Shown: in pieces, positions 8,493 to 17,527 of the stretch
Layout of the letters: the number at the start of each line of letters is the position of its first letter
Position numbering within the stretch: the first letter of the stretch is position 1
Assembly: GCA_018814885.1 (NCBI GenBank)
Contig: JAHIYU010000177.1
Span: 40,025-104,024 of the forward strand
Direction: 5' to 3'
DNA from: a bacterium
GTDB taxonomy: Bacteria; Krumholzibacteriota; Krumholzibacteriia; LZORAL124-64-63
DNA length: 64,000 nt
Translations under genes and position numbers: made by a program
The notes under the pieces: generated by a model
Seen by the model: only the letters and a program-made list of their open reading frames with translations
What the model was told of the DNA's origin: nothing
The model's database searches: none

Positions 8493-10393
8493 GTTCCACT
8501 CCTCGAATTGGGATGGGATAACGGCAGGATAACCCTGAAGAGGGCGCCCCTGTCCGGTTTGGACAAAATGATGATTTCACCGGCGTGTAACCGGATGATC
8601 CGGCTGGTGAGGGCAAGGCCGAGGCCGGTGCCCCACTTCTTCTTGGTGCTGAAGAATGGAGTGAGCACGTTCTTACGGACCTCCTCGGTCATCCCCACAC
8701 CGTTGTCCTGGATCTCGACCAGGACTTGACAACCCTGGCCGCAGGCTGTGCGGCAGACTATTTCCGGTGTTTCCCCCTCTTTGTACTCCTTCATGTCACA
8801 GGCGTCCAGTGCGTTCGTCAACAGGTCCATGAAAGTCATGTGGATGAGGCCGGGATCGCAGTGGATCGTCGGCAGGTCAGGGTCCAATTCGACCCGCAGC
8901 GCCACACCATTCTCGGCAGCCACCTGGCGAATGGCCCCGGCGGTTTCGTTGACCATGGCGTTCAGGTCGGTCGGCTCCGTTTCGATCTGCCAGTTCCGTG
9001 CGTACTTCAACATCTTCCGGGAGAGGTCGCTGATCCTCTGGAAGCCGTCTTCGATCATCTCGCACCCCTCGCGGATACGATCCCGCCGGTCCCTCTTCAG
9101 CCCGACCTGGACGATGTACAGCCCTCCCCGCAACGTGTTGAGCATGTTCTTGATCGCATGCTGGATGGCGGTGACGGCGCGCCCTATAGCGACGGCCTGT
9201 TCCGACTCGAACAGCTGCTGTTGCAGTTCCCTCTCGGTGGTGACGTCCTTGCTGATGCCGAGGGTGCCGATGGCCCGCCCCTCCTGGTCCCGCAATCGCG
9301 AGAGGGTCAACAGCACGTGGCGCTCAGCGCCGTCGCTTGTCTTGAACCGGGTCTCGATGTTGGCCACGTAGCCCTGCCCGGCCAACCGGCTGATGGCCTT
9401 GGCCCGTTCCTGTGGATCGGCGAAGAGGGTCTCCATCGGCAAGCCGATGACCTCGTCACGCCTGAATCCGAGCGCCTGCTCGGCCCCTCGGTTGAAGGTC
9501 TCGATTTGCCCGGCTGGGTTAACGGTGATGATCAGATCGGCGGAGTTCTCGACGATGCCCTCGAGGTATTTGAGGGTGCGACGCAGCTCGGTCTGATGGG
9601 CCTGCAGCTTGGTGGCCATCGAGTTGAAGGATTCCTGCACCAAGCCGATCTCGTCGTCTCGTCGCGAGTCGAACCGGTAATCGAGGTGGCCGGCCCCGAG
9701 AGCGCCGATGCCGTCGACCAGGCTCCGCAACGGCGCGACCAGCAGTCGGCGGAAGGCGATCAGCAGGCCGCCGATTCCCAACACCATGCCCAGTACGGCG
9801 GCCAGGGCCAGGAGTCCGTTCAGCTCCGCGATCTGGCGGTCGATGTCGGCAAGGGAGTACTCGGTGTGCAGAAAACCGAGCAGCGGACCTGAGTTCAGGT
9901 GGGCATGGCAGCCCGCGGTTCGACACCCGGGCTCGTTCAGGATCGGCGTGACCACCTGCAATACCCGGCCGCCGTCCACTCCAGGCAAGATCTGCTGGTG
10001 CTGGTCCAGGCTGGCGGTTGGCAGAGAATCGTCGGCGTGACACTGGGCGCAGGTCCGATCCTCGCGTGCCATTATGGTGCCGGGTTCCATCAGACGGGAG
10101 ACGGCCACCAGTCCATCCGGGTGAGACACGAGGCAGATCTCGCAATAGGTAGGACTCCAGCCGGCGATATCCTCGATGTATTCGCGGACCCCGCTGTTGT
10201 TGCGGCTCATCATCATCTCTTGGATGCCGCTGCGAATCGAGGTGGAGTTGAACTGCAGGACGTCGTAAGCCACTTCGTTGGCCGCCCGACGGCCGATGTA
10301 GCTGCCGAGAAAGCCAGTACCGAGTAGGATGACGAGAACCGCAATGACCACCACCGCGCTCATCCGCCAGGCCAGCTTGCTGCGTCGTTTCAT
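8489..10393 (-). CDS. Sensor histidine kinase with periplasmic c-type-haem-motif domain, HAMP, PAS, HisKA and HATPase_c
   Basis: Two TM helices flank an ~160-aa periplasmic domain carrying CAQCH and CRTAGCH. PAS domain (ENSADLIITVNPAGQIETFN), phospho-acceptor H box and ATPase G boxes (DNGVGM, GTGLGL). ATG at 10393 overlaps the SDR stop (ATGA). Confidence 0.85.
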   Translation of the reverse strand: MKRRSKLAWRMSAVVVIAVLVILLGTGFLGSYIGRRAANEVAYDVLQFNSTSIRSGIQEMMMSRNNSGVREYIEDIAGWSPTYCEICLVSHPDGLVAVSRLMEPGTIMAREDRTCAQCHADDSLPTASLDQHQQILPGVDGGRVLQVVTPILNEPGCRTAGCHAHLNSGPLLGFLHTEYSLADIDRQIAELNGLLALAAVLGMVLGIGGLLIAFRRLLVAPLRSLVDGIGALGAGHLDYRFDSRRDDEIGLVQESFNSMATKLQAHQTELRRTLKYLEGIVENSADLIITVNPAGQIETFNRGAEQALGFRRDEVIGLPMETLFADPQERAKAISRLAGQGYVANIETRFKTSDGAERHVLLTLSRLRDQEGRAIGTLGISKDVTTERELQQQLFESEQAVAIGRAVTAIQHAIKNMLNTLRGGLYIVQVGLKRDRRDRIREGCEMIEDGFQRISDLSRKMLKYARNWQIETEPTDLNAMVNETAGAIRQVAAENGVALRVELDPDLPTIHCDPGLIHMTFMDLLTNALDACDMKEYKEGETPEIVCRTACGQGCQVLVEIQDNGVGMTEEVRKNVLTPFFSTKKKWGTGLGLALTSRIIRLHAGEIIILSKPDRGALFRVILPLSHPNSRSGT

Positions 10394-12120
10394 GTTGCCG
10401 AGCTCGCCTTCCGGGGCAGGGGCCCGCAACGATTCTCGATCTGGCGGAGCAGGTTCTCGAAGATAACCCCGTGGAAAGGCAAGAGCACTAGCCAGTATAA
10501 CCGGCCGAAGAGCGACCGGGTGTCGAAGTAAGCAACGATGACCACGCGGCGCTCTTTCCCTACACGCCGCACGAGGAACTCGAGCCAGGCCCGGCCGGGC
10601 AATTTCATCTCCGACCGCAACAGGAGGCGGCGCCCCGGCCGCAGGTCCTCCACCCGCCAGAAATCGATGACGTCGTTGATCTGCAGGCTGCGCCGCGCCC
10701 GCCGGCCACGGGCCGTGCCGACCCCGAAGAACACGCGATCAATCATTCCCCTCAATCTCCACATCCAGTTGTTGTGGAACCAACCCTCCTGGCCGCCGAC
10801 CTGGCAGAAGGATTGGAACAGGTCGGCGGGCGATTGCTGCGTGGGCAATGAATACACTGCCCTGTAGCGCGGCCGCGGCGTTACCTCGTACAGCTTGAGC
10901 GCGAGCTCGTGCGCCGGCGGGTAGGCATCGGACCAGCGGGTGGCGACGTTGTCCTGCTCCTCGCGGCTGAATGCGAGCAGCAGCGCCTCGCGGTACCCGA
11001 GCGGGCAGAATTCGAGATGCTGCCGTATGTGGTCGTTCTCGCAAACGGTGTCGCTCTTCAATCCGTCCATCAGGCAGAACACGATCGGCCCGGGCACCGG
11101 GGTGATCAGGCTGAGGAAGTACGAATGCAACCGCAACGCGGACAGGGGGCTGCGAATGAACGAGCGCCGCACCCGCAGGAGATCGGCCAGGTTCCGCACC
11201 ATTTGCTCGTACGTGAGGATATCCCGCCCGCCGATGTCGAACGACCGACCGGCCGTTTCCGGTTTTTCGAGCACGCCGACCAGGTATTTGACCACGTCCC
11301 GGATACCGATCGGCTGGCACAGCCGATTCGACCACCGGGGAAACAGGATGATCGGCAGGTTCTGTACCAGGTGCTTGAGGATCTCGAAGGAGGCGCTGCC
11401 CGAGCCGATGATGATGGAGGCCCGCAGGATCGTCACCGGTACACGACCCTGCTGAAGGGCGCAGGCCACCGCCTGCCGGCTACGCAGATGTTCCGAGGGG
11501 GCGGTCTCGGCACAACCGACACCGCCGAGGTAGATGATGCGCTGGACGCCGGCTTTTTCGGCCGCCTGGCGGATGTTCACGGCCGCCTCCAGATCGGCTG
11601 CAGCGAAACGCGCCTGCCCCATCACCATCGAGTGGATCAGGTAGTAGAGGGTATGCACCCCTTGCAGTGCCGGCCCGAGTGTTCCCGGGCACATCGCATC
11701 GGCCGCCACGATCTCGGCCCGGGGCCACCGTTCCGCGAACCGCATGGCGTCGGCCCGGACCATGGCACGCACGCAATAGCCACGGGCGAGCAGTTCGGGG
11801 ACCAGCCGGCCCCCGATGTACCCGGAGGCGCCGGTGACGGCCACGAGCCCGTCGTCAGGCCGGGGTGTAGTGTCGAGATCGTGGCAGAAGAGTGGGTCGG
11901 GACAACCGGGACAGGCAGGCGATCCGGCCAGTTCGGGATCCCGCAGGATCCCAGCCTGTCCCCAGTTGGGAAGCCGGTCGGAGCTGAAACCCCTGTCCAG
12001 TCGGTGGGTGAAGTTCCGGATCTCCGTGCGGACGGCGGCCATGCCGGCCCCGGACTGGAGGCTGGCTTCCCCTGCGGCCAGTCCCGCCGTGGAGACGGCC
12101 TTGTCCGACGAATCCACCAT
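10390..12120 (-). CDS. NAD(P)-binding SDR-family protein fused to C-terminal DUF2867 domain
   Basis: Rossmann motif VAVTGASGYIGGRLV. C-terminal GWFHNNWMWRLRGMIDRVFFGVG...DFWRVE pattern of DUF2867. Preferred ATG at 12120 is preceded by GGAGCAGA. The ORF can extend to 12180. Confidence 0.7.
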   Translation of the reverse strand: MVDSSDKAVSTAGLAAGEASLQSGAGMAAVRTEIRNFTHRLDRGFSSDRLPNWGQAGILRDPELAGSPACPGCPDPLFCHDLDTTPRPDDGLVAVTGASGYIGGRLVPELLARGYCVRAMVRADAMRFAERWPRAEIVAADAMCPGTLGPALQGVHTLYYLIHSMVMGQARFAAADLEAAVNIRQAAEKAGVQRIIYLGGVGCAETAPSEHLRSRQAVACALQQGRVPVTILRASIIIGSGSASFEILKHLVQNLPIILFPRWSNRLCQPIGIRDVVKYLVGVLEKPETAGRSFDIGGRDILTYEQMVRNLADLLRVRRSFIRSPLSALRLHSYFLSLITPVPGPIVFCLMDGLKSDTVCENDHIRQHLEFCPLGYREALLLAFSREEQDNVATRWSDAYPPAHELALKLYEVTPRPRYRAVYSLPTQQSPADLFQSFCQVGGQEGWFHNNWMWRLRGMIDRVFFGVGTARGRRARRSLQINDVIDFWRVEDLRPGRRLLLRSEMKLPGRAWLEFLVRRVGKERRVVIVAYFDTRSLFGRLYWLVLLPFHGVIFENLLRQIENRCGPLPRKASSAT

Positions 12121-12180
12121 TCTGCTCCATTCACGGAATCTAGGCGAGGGAAGGTCAATCGAAGCGGGGTAAATCACCAC

Positions 12181-12491
12181 CGTCCAGGAATGGTTCCCCG
12201 CATCCGGATTATAGACCCATATATCCCACTGAACTAGTATATAATCTTAGCAACCGCCCATTCCTCGCCCTGTTGCCGGTCGGCGATAGATATCCGGCGA
12301 TGTGGGCATTCGTCGGTCACCCGGCGACCGGGCGGGCAATAGGAGGTTGATATTTCCAATAGCGGGCCTACGGTCTGGTCGGGCATCAGGTGCGCGAGCT
12401 TTCGAACGTATCTTTCCCGGCAGGATGGCATGTGGCAGTATAGAATGGACGGGGTTCTGAGGGTCAGGCATTTGATATCGGTTGATTTCAA
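12181..12491. promoter_or_regulatory. AT-rich divergent control region
   Basis: GC content drops sharply. A perfect TATAAT (plus-strand ATTATA near 12208-12213) lies upstream of the minus-strand SDR-HK-RR operon. A GGAAGGAG Shine-Dalgarno near 12525 lies in front of the plus-strand membrane-protein genes. Confidence 0.45.
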
Positions 12492-14984
12492 TTGTTACTC
12501 GATCGCGAGTATGATTGGCTCTATGGAAGGAGCGTAAGTACTAACGCCGCTTGCAAAGGTATTGCGTACCAAGTGACGAGGGGGGCTGCCATCAAATTCA
12601 TCACCTATTTCCTGATCCTGCTGGCGCTGGGACTCGGCGAACGTAGCCTAGGGCCCCACGGCACGCGACTGACCACGCTGCTGGCCCTCTGTGCTGTGCT
12701 TCCGCTCCTGTTGCGCGGTCTCTGGCTGATCGACTGGCGCATGTGGCGGGCCTCGCTCCCCGGTCTCGCCGCGATCGCGACTGCCGTCTGCTGGTACACG
12801 ACCGCGGACGCCGCGCAGTACTTCGCCCTGGGGGCGTCGCTGGCCTGCCTGTCTATCGCGGTGCGGCGCACCGTCCCCCGGGACGTCCTGGCCGACGCCT
12901 CACCGGCATCTACGGTCATCGCCTTCGCCCTTTTCGTGGCCGTCCGGGACCATCTCGACCTCTGGACCCAGCTGATCACTGCCTCCATACGGACAACGTT
13001 CTGGTTCTCGAATCTATGGGGGCAGTCGTTGCGTCTGGGGCCGACCTATTCCGGCCTCTGGCTGTTGGTCGCCTGCCTGCTGGCGCTGGTGATGATCGCC
13101 ACCGGAACGCGCCACCGGCCCTGGCGGCTGATCGCCGCCTTCGTGCTGCTGCCGCTGCTGGCCTTGGCCGCCATCCCCTTGCGCGGCCTGGTGCCGACCC
13201 ACTATCACGGCGCGCCGGCGACCGCCGTCCTCGCCTGGCGCCTGGTCCAGTTCATCCTGCTGCTGGCGCCGGTAGCTCTGCTGACCGCGACCCGCGGCCG
13301 GGACGAAGTGTTGGCGGCACAAGCCCCGCCGCACGCCGCCCCTTGGCGCGGGATCGCCACGGTTGCGTGTGCGGCCGCGGCTCTGGGCGGTCTCGTGCTG
13401 TTGAGCTGGAGCCGGCCCGTTCCTTGGCATCCCGGGCGGGTCTTGATCGACACCCGCGGGTCGTTCAACATGGAACCCTTCCGCTGGGGCGCCTACGCCC
13501 GCGATGTAGCCCAGGGCGCTTCTCTGGCCACGCTGCCACATGTGCTGGGCGCGTACGGTTTCGCGACGGCGGCATCTGACACCATGATCGACGCTGCCGC
13601 GCTGGCCGAGACAGACGTCCTGGTGGTCATGAATCCCGACACCTTCTACACCGAAGCCGAGCACGCGGCCGTCTGGGAGTTCGTCGACCGCGGAGGCGGC
13701 CTGCTGGTCCTGGGTGATCACACCAATATCATGGGTGTGATGGAGCCCTTCAACGCCCTGCTGCAGCCGGTGGGCATCGGACTGAATTTCGATTCAGTCA
13801 TTCCCAGGGTCGACCGCTGGTCTTGGTACGGCTGCATGCGTTTCCACCCCCATCCGCTGACACGGGGCCTGCGCGACGAGGCCGAGATCAAGCTCAGCGT
13901 GGGCGCCAGCCTGACGCTGGCAGCCGGGGCGATTACCTTGTTGAGCGGACGGGACGCCTACGCCGACGCCGGCAACTGGGACAACGCGCAGGGTGCCTAC
14001 CTGGGCAACATGGCCTTCGACCGGTCCGAGATCGAGGGTGATCTGCTCCTGGCTGCCGAGGCGCCCTACGGCCGGGGAAAGGTGATCGCCTTCGGGGATA
14101 CCTCGCCCTTCCAGCGCACCACCGTCAGCCTGTCGCACGAGCTGATGGCCAGGATCTTCAACTATCTCGGCACGCCCGGCGGCGCAGTGGCCGGGCGGCA
14201 GGTGCGCGGCGCCGGCGCGATACTGCTGGTCGTCGCCGGGACTCTGCTGCTGGCGCTCGGCAGGCGCCGCCCCATGGCGCCGGCGGTGTTCGCCATCCTG
14301 GCCTCGATCTGGCTGCTGGCGCTGGCAGGGCACGCGACATTCGCCCTGCCGCCGGCGCCGGTCGGCGAGAACGTGGCGTGGCTGGACCTGTCCCACGGCA
14401 ATCGTGTGGACCTGCATGCCGGCCGGGATGACGGTCTCGGCGGTCTGCAGAACCATCTGTGGCGCCACGGCTACGTGCCGCTGGCGATGCGCGCGTTCGA
14501 CCGCGACCGGCTGCTGGCCTCGGAGCTCTTCGTCACGGTGGCGCCGGCCTTCCCCTATTCTCGGCACGAGTGCGCCGCCCTGCGCGCCTTCGTCGAGAAC
14601 GGGGGCCTGCTGATCGTGTCCGCCGGCTACGAGGAGCGCAACGGTGCCGCGGACCTGCTGGCTGAATTCGGCTATGCTGTCGGTTCCACGCCCCTGGGCT
14701 CGGCGCACGTCGCCGAGACGCTGCTCACGGGACAGCGTGTCTACATGCACGAATCCTGGCCGGTGCTCCAGCCGGCCGGCCAGGGCGAGATCTGGGTCCG
14801 GTGCTGGGGGTACCCCATCGTGGTCTTCGAGACGTTCGGGGCGGGCGGTCTGCTGGTGATCGCCGATTCGATGTTCCTCAGCGAGAAGAGGCTGGAGAGC
14901 CCCGACGAATTCGTCGAGGAGAATATCGATTTCCTCCGCGCGGCGATCGAGACCGCACGGCAGCGGATGGGAGGTGAAAAGTGA
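12492..14984 (+). CDS. Large polytopic membrane protein, paralogue A (N-terminal multi-TM domain plus two repeated extracytoplasmic domains)
   Basis: 830 aa. Hydrophobic N-terminal ~300 aa, then two ~200-aa domains each with VLVV..P....E..AV..FV..GGGLLVLGDH-type motifs, separated by a TM hairpin. Clear paralogue of the next gene. Confidence 0.6.
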   Translation: MLLDREYDWLYGRSVSTNAACKGIAYQVTRGAAIKFITYFLILLALGLGERSLGPHGTRLTTLLALCAVLPLLLRGLWLIDWRMWRASLPGLAAIATAVCWYTTADAAQYFALGASLACLSIAVRRTVPRDVLADASPASTVIAFALFVAVRDHLDLWTQLITASIRTTFWFSNLWGQSLRLGPTYSGLWLLVACLLALVMIATGTRHRPWRLIAAFVLLPLLALAAIPLRGLVPTHYHGAPATAVLAWRLVQFILLLAPVALLTATRGRDEVLAAQAPPHAAPWRGIATVACAAAALGGLVLLSWSRPVPWHPGRVLIDTRGSFNMEPFRWGAYARDVAQGASLATLPHVLGAYGFATAASDTMIDAAALAETDVLVVMNPDTFYTEAEHAAVWEFVDRGGGLLVLGDHTNIMGVMEPFNALLQPVGIGLNFDSVIPRVDRWSWYGCMRFHPHPLTRGLRDEAEIKLSVGASLTLAAGAITLLSGRDAYADAGNWDNAQGAYLGNMAFDRSEIEGDLLLAAEAPYGRGKVIAFGDTSPFQRTTVSLSHELMARIFNYLGTPGGAVAGRQVRGAGAILLVVAGTLLLALGRRRPMAPAVFAILASIWLLALAGHATFALPPAPVGENVAWLDLSHGNRVDLHAGRDDGLGGLQNHLWRHGYVPLAMRAFDRDRLLASELFVTVAPAFPYSRHECAALRAFVENGGLLIVSAGYEERNGAADLLAEFGYAVGSTPLGSAHVAETLLTGQRVYMHESWPVLQPAGQGEIWVRCWGYPIVVFETFGAGGLLVIADSMFLSEKRLESPDEFVEENIDFLRAAIETARQRMGGEK

Positions 14985-17527
14985 TGCGCCGTTTCTGGCT
15001 CGCCCTCTGGCTGGCCGTTCTGGCTTGGGACGGTTTCTCCCCGCATATCGAATCCGCGGCGGCTCCCCCGCTGGCCTGGGCGGCCCTGATCGCCTGCGGC
15101 CTGCTGTTGATCTCGCGCCGGCGCGGCGACCAGCCCCTCTTCACCCGGTGGCCGTCCGTGGTGTGCGCGCTCGCCGCGTGCGGCGCCGGCTGCCTGCTGC
15201 CCTGGCCAGAAAGGGTGGGACCGCTGCTGGTCGCCGGTGGGCTGATACTCGGGCTGGTCCCCGTGCTGAACCGGTTGACCCGGGGCAACAACTGGCGGAT
15301 ACCGTCGGCCGCCGGCGGCCTGTTGTGGCTCAGCGCCGGCGTGTCACACGCTTACCGGGTATGGGAGGCGTCGTATCACGACCTGGACTTCATGGCCGGA
15401 CCGCTGGCTGCGTTTTACCGTCTGTTAGGCCTGCCGGCGGCCGCTGATCCGCCGCTGGTGCATCTGCAGGTGGTCGGCAACCTGCAGACGATCGATTGCA
15501 CCCTCGAGAAGCTGGTGGGCCATCCCCTGCCGGTGATCGTTGTGGCCGGCCTGGTCGCGATCTTCCTGCTGAACGGCCGGCGCGCCGGTTGGCGCCTGCC
15601 GTTGCTGCTGCTGTTGCTGGCGGCCGTCTACGCCTTCTTCAGGTCGGCGGCCCTGGGCCTGGCTCTCGAGCAGATGAACGAGGCCGGCATCTACTACCGG
15701 CGCATCTGGGTCTTTGGCAGCCTGCTGCCGCTGATCCTGTTGCTGACGTGGGTTGTGCCGCCGCTGCGGCATGAACGGGGCGCCGACCTTGCACCGGCAG
15801 GGCGCGTGTCGGTCGCCGCCACCGGACGCGGATGGACGGATCCGCTGCTGGCGGTCCTGCTGGGTGTCGGCCTGGCCGGTGCCCTCGGCTTCTACGATCC
15901 TGGCGATCCCAAGCCCGGCCGTGTGATGATCGACGAGAACCATTCCAACTGGGAGTGGTCGACCGTCGCGTTGAACACCGAGAGCTACGGCGTGCAGACC
16001 GTCTACAACTACTCCGAACTGGTGCGCTACCTGCGCCACTTTTACGCGGTGGACCAGAACTTCGCGGTGCTCGGCGACAGCCTGCTCGCGGCTGTGGACG
16101 TGTTGATTCTCAAGACGCCGACCAAACCCTATGCGGACGCGGAAGTGGACGCCGTCGTGCGCTTCGTCGAGCGGGGCGGCGGCCTCTGGCTGGTGGGCGA
16201 TCACACCAACGTCTTCGGCATGAGCACGAACCTGAACAGGGTGGGCCGGCATTTCGGCATGACCTACAACTACGACGCGGTCATAGACCTGCTGACCTAC
16301 GGTCGGCAGTACTACCGGCACCCGCGTCTGTTCGCCCACCCCTCGCTGCGCCACCTGCCGCCACTCTTGCTGGCCACTTCCTCCAGCATGGTCGGCCCGC
16401 TGCTCAGCCAGCCGGTCATGATCGGCCGTACCCTGCTCTCGGACCAGCTTGACTACTCCGTCAACGCGTTCTTCGGGGATTTCCGGCCGAGCGCCGGCGA
16501 ATCCTTCGGCGCGATGCTGCAATCCGTGGCCGTGCCCCGCGGCCGCGGTCGCGTGCTGGGCTTCAGCGACAGCACCATCTTCTCGAACTTCTTCATGTTC
16601 ATCCGCGGCAAGCCGGAGCTGGCCCTGGGCAGCGTGGCCTGGCTGATGTCGACCAACCGGTTCGGCTGGGTGCGTCACGCCCTGCTGGCGATGGCGGGGA
16701 TCGGCGCGCTGCTGCTTCTGGTGCGGTTGCCGCGACAGCACGGCGCGGCGCCCTTCGTCCTGCAGATGATCCTGGCCACTCTCTTCTTTGCCCTGACCGC
16801 GCGGGCGCTCGATCGCTGGACCGCGGCATGGTCCACGCTGCCGCGGCCGCACACTCCCCTGCCCACGGTGGCCTTCGACCGCGGCAAGACCGACTACGAC
16901 ATCCCGGACATCCGGGAGGTCGCCGATGAATCGCCCGCCAGCTTCCACACCTTCTACGTGTGGACCCAGCGTACGGGCTGGATCCCGACCACCGGGCTCT
17001 TCGAGGACTGCCTGGCCGCTGCGCGGGCGACCGTGCTGATCAGGCCCAGCGGCCACTACCATGCCACCGAACTGGCGGAACTGGAGGACCACGTGAGGCA
17101 GGGTGGCGGTCTGCTGGTGCTGGACTCGCCGCACAGCCGCCACTCGGCGGCGCAGTCGATCCTGCAGGCGTTCGGCATGGGCTTCAGCCCCGCGGAGATG
17201 GAGAGCGTCACGGTCAGCCCCGCCGCCGGCGGCCTCGAGACGACCGAACTGCACCACGTGCGCGGCGTGACCGGCGGCCGGCCGGTCCTGGTCGCGTCCG
17301 ACGGCACCGCCGTGCTCGCGTACACGGACTTCGGCCGCGGCAGGGTAGTGGCGATGTGCGCCGCGGACAACTTCACCGACGCGGTGATGGGTACCACCTC
17401 GGCCGTCCCCACGCCGGAGCAGCTGGCGCTCTATCGGATCGAGTACCTTATCTTCGAGGAACTGCTGGATACCGCTGGGGCCTGGCCCGCCCGCGACGGG
17501 GAACCGCCGGCAGGAGGTGGCGGCTAG
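14981..17527 (+). CDS. Large polytopic membrane protein, paralogue B (same architecture as 12492-14984)
   Basis: 848 aa, GTG/ATG start overlapping the upstream stop (GTGATG). Motifs VDVLILKTP...AEVDAVVRFVERGGGLWLVGDHTN and ATVLIRPSGHYHATELAELEDHVRQGGGLLVLDSP. Confidence 0.6.
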   Translation: MMRRFWLALWLAVLAWDGFSPHIESAAAPPLAWAALIACGLLLISRRRGDQPLFTRWPSVVCALAACGAGCLLPWPERVGPLLVAGGLILGLVPVLNRLTRGNNWRIPSAAGGLLWLSAGVSHAYRVWEASYHDLDFMAGPLAAFYRLLGLPAAADPPLVHLQVVGNLQTIDCTLEKLVGHPLPVIVVAGLVAIFLLNGRRAGWRLPLLLLLLAAVYAFFRSAALGLALEQMNEAGIYYRRIWVFGSLLPLILLLTWVVPPLRHERGADLAPAGRVSVAATGRGWTDPLLAVLLGVGLAGALGFYDPGDPKPGRVMIDENHSNWEWSTVALNTESYGVQTVYNYSELVRYLRHFYAVDQNFAVLGDSLLAAVDVLILKTPTKPYADAEVDAVVRFVERGGGLWLVGDHTNVFGMSTNLNRVGRHFGMTYNYDAVIDLLTYGRQYYRHPRLFAHPSLRHLPPLLLATSSSMVGPLLSQPVMIGRTLLSDQLDYSVNAFFGDFRPSAGESFGAMLQSVAVPRGRGRVLGFSDSTIFSNFFMFIRGKPELALGSVAWLMSTNRFGWVRHALLAMAGIGALLLLVRLPRQHGAAPFVLQMILATLFFALTARALDRWTAAWSTLPRPHTPLPTVAFDRGKTDYDIPDIREVADESPASFHTFYVWTQRTGWIPTTGLFEDCLAAARATVLIRPSGHYHATELAELEDHVRQGGGLLVLDSPHSRHSAAQSILQAFGMGFSPAEMESVTVSPAAGGLETTELHHVRGVTGGRPVLVASDGTAVLAYTDFGRGRVVAMCAADNFTDAVMGTTSAVPTPEQLALYRIEYLIFEELLDTAGAWPARDGEPPAGGGG

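Noticed and set aside
12234-12491. 85-aa minus-strand ORF in the AT-rich control region
   Set aside because: No Shine-Dalgarno or homology is recognisable, and it overlaps the likely promoter elements. It is kept only as a low-priority note in the findings.
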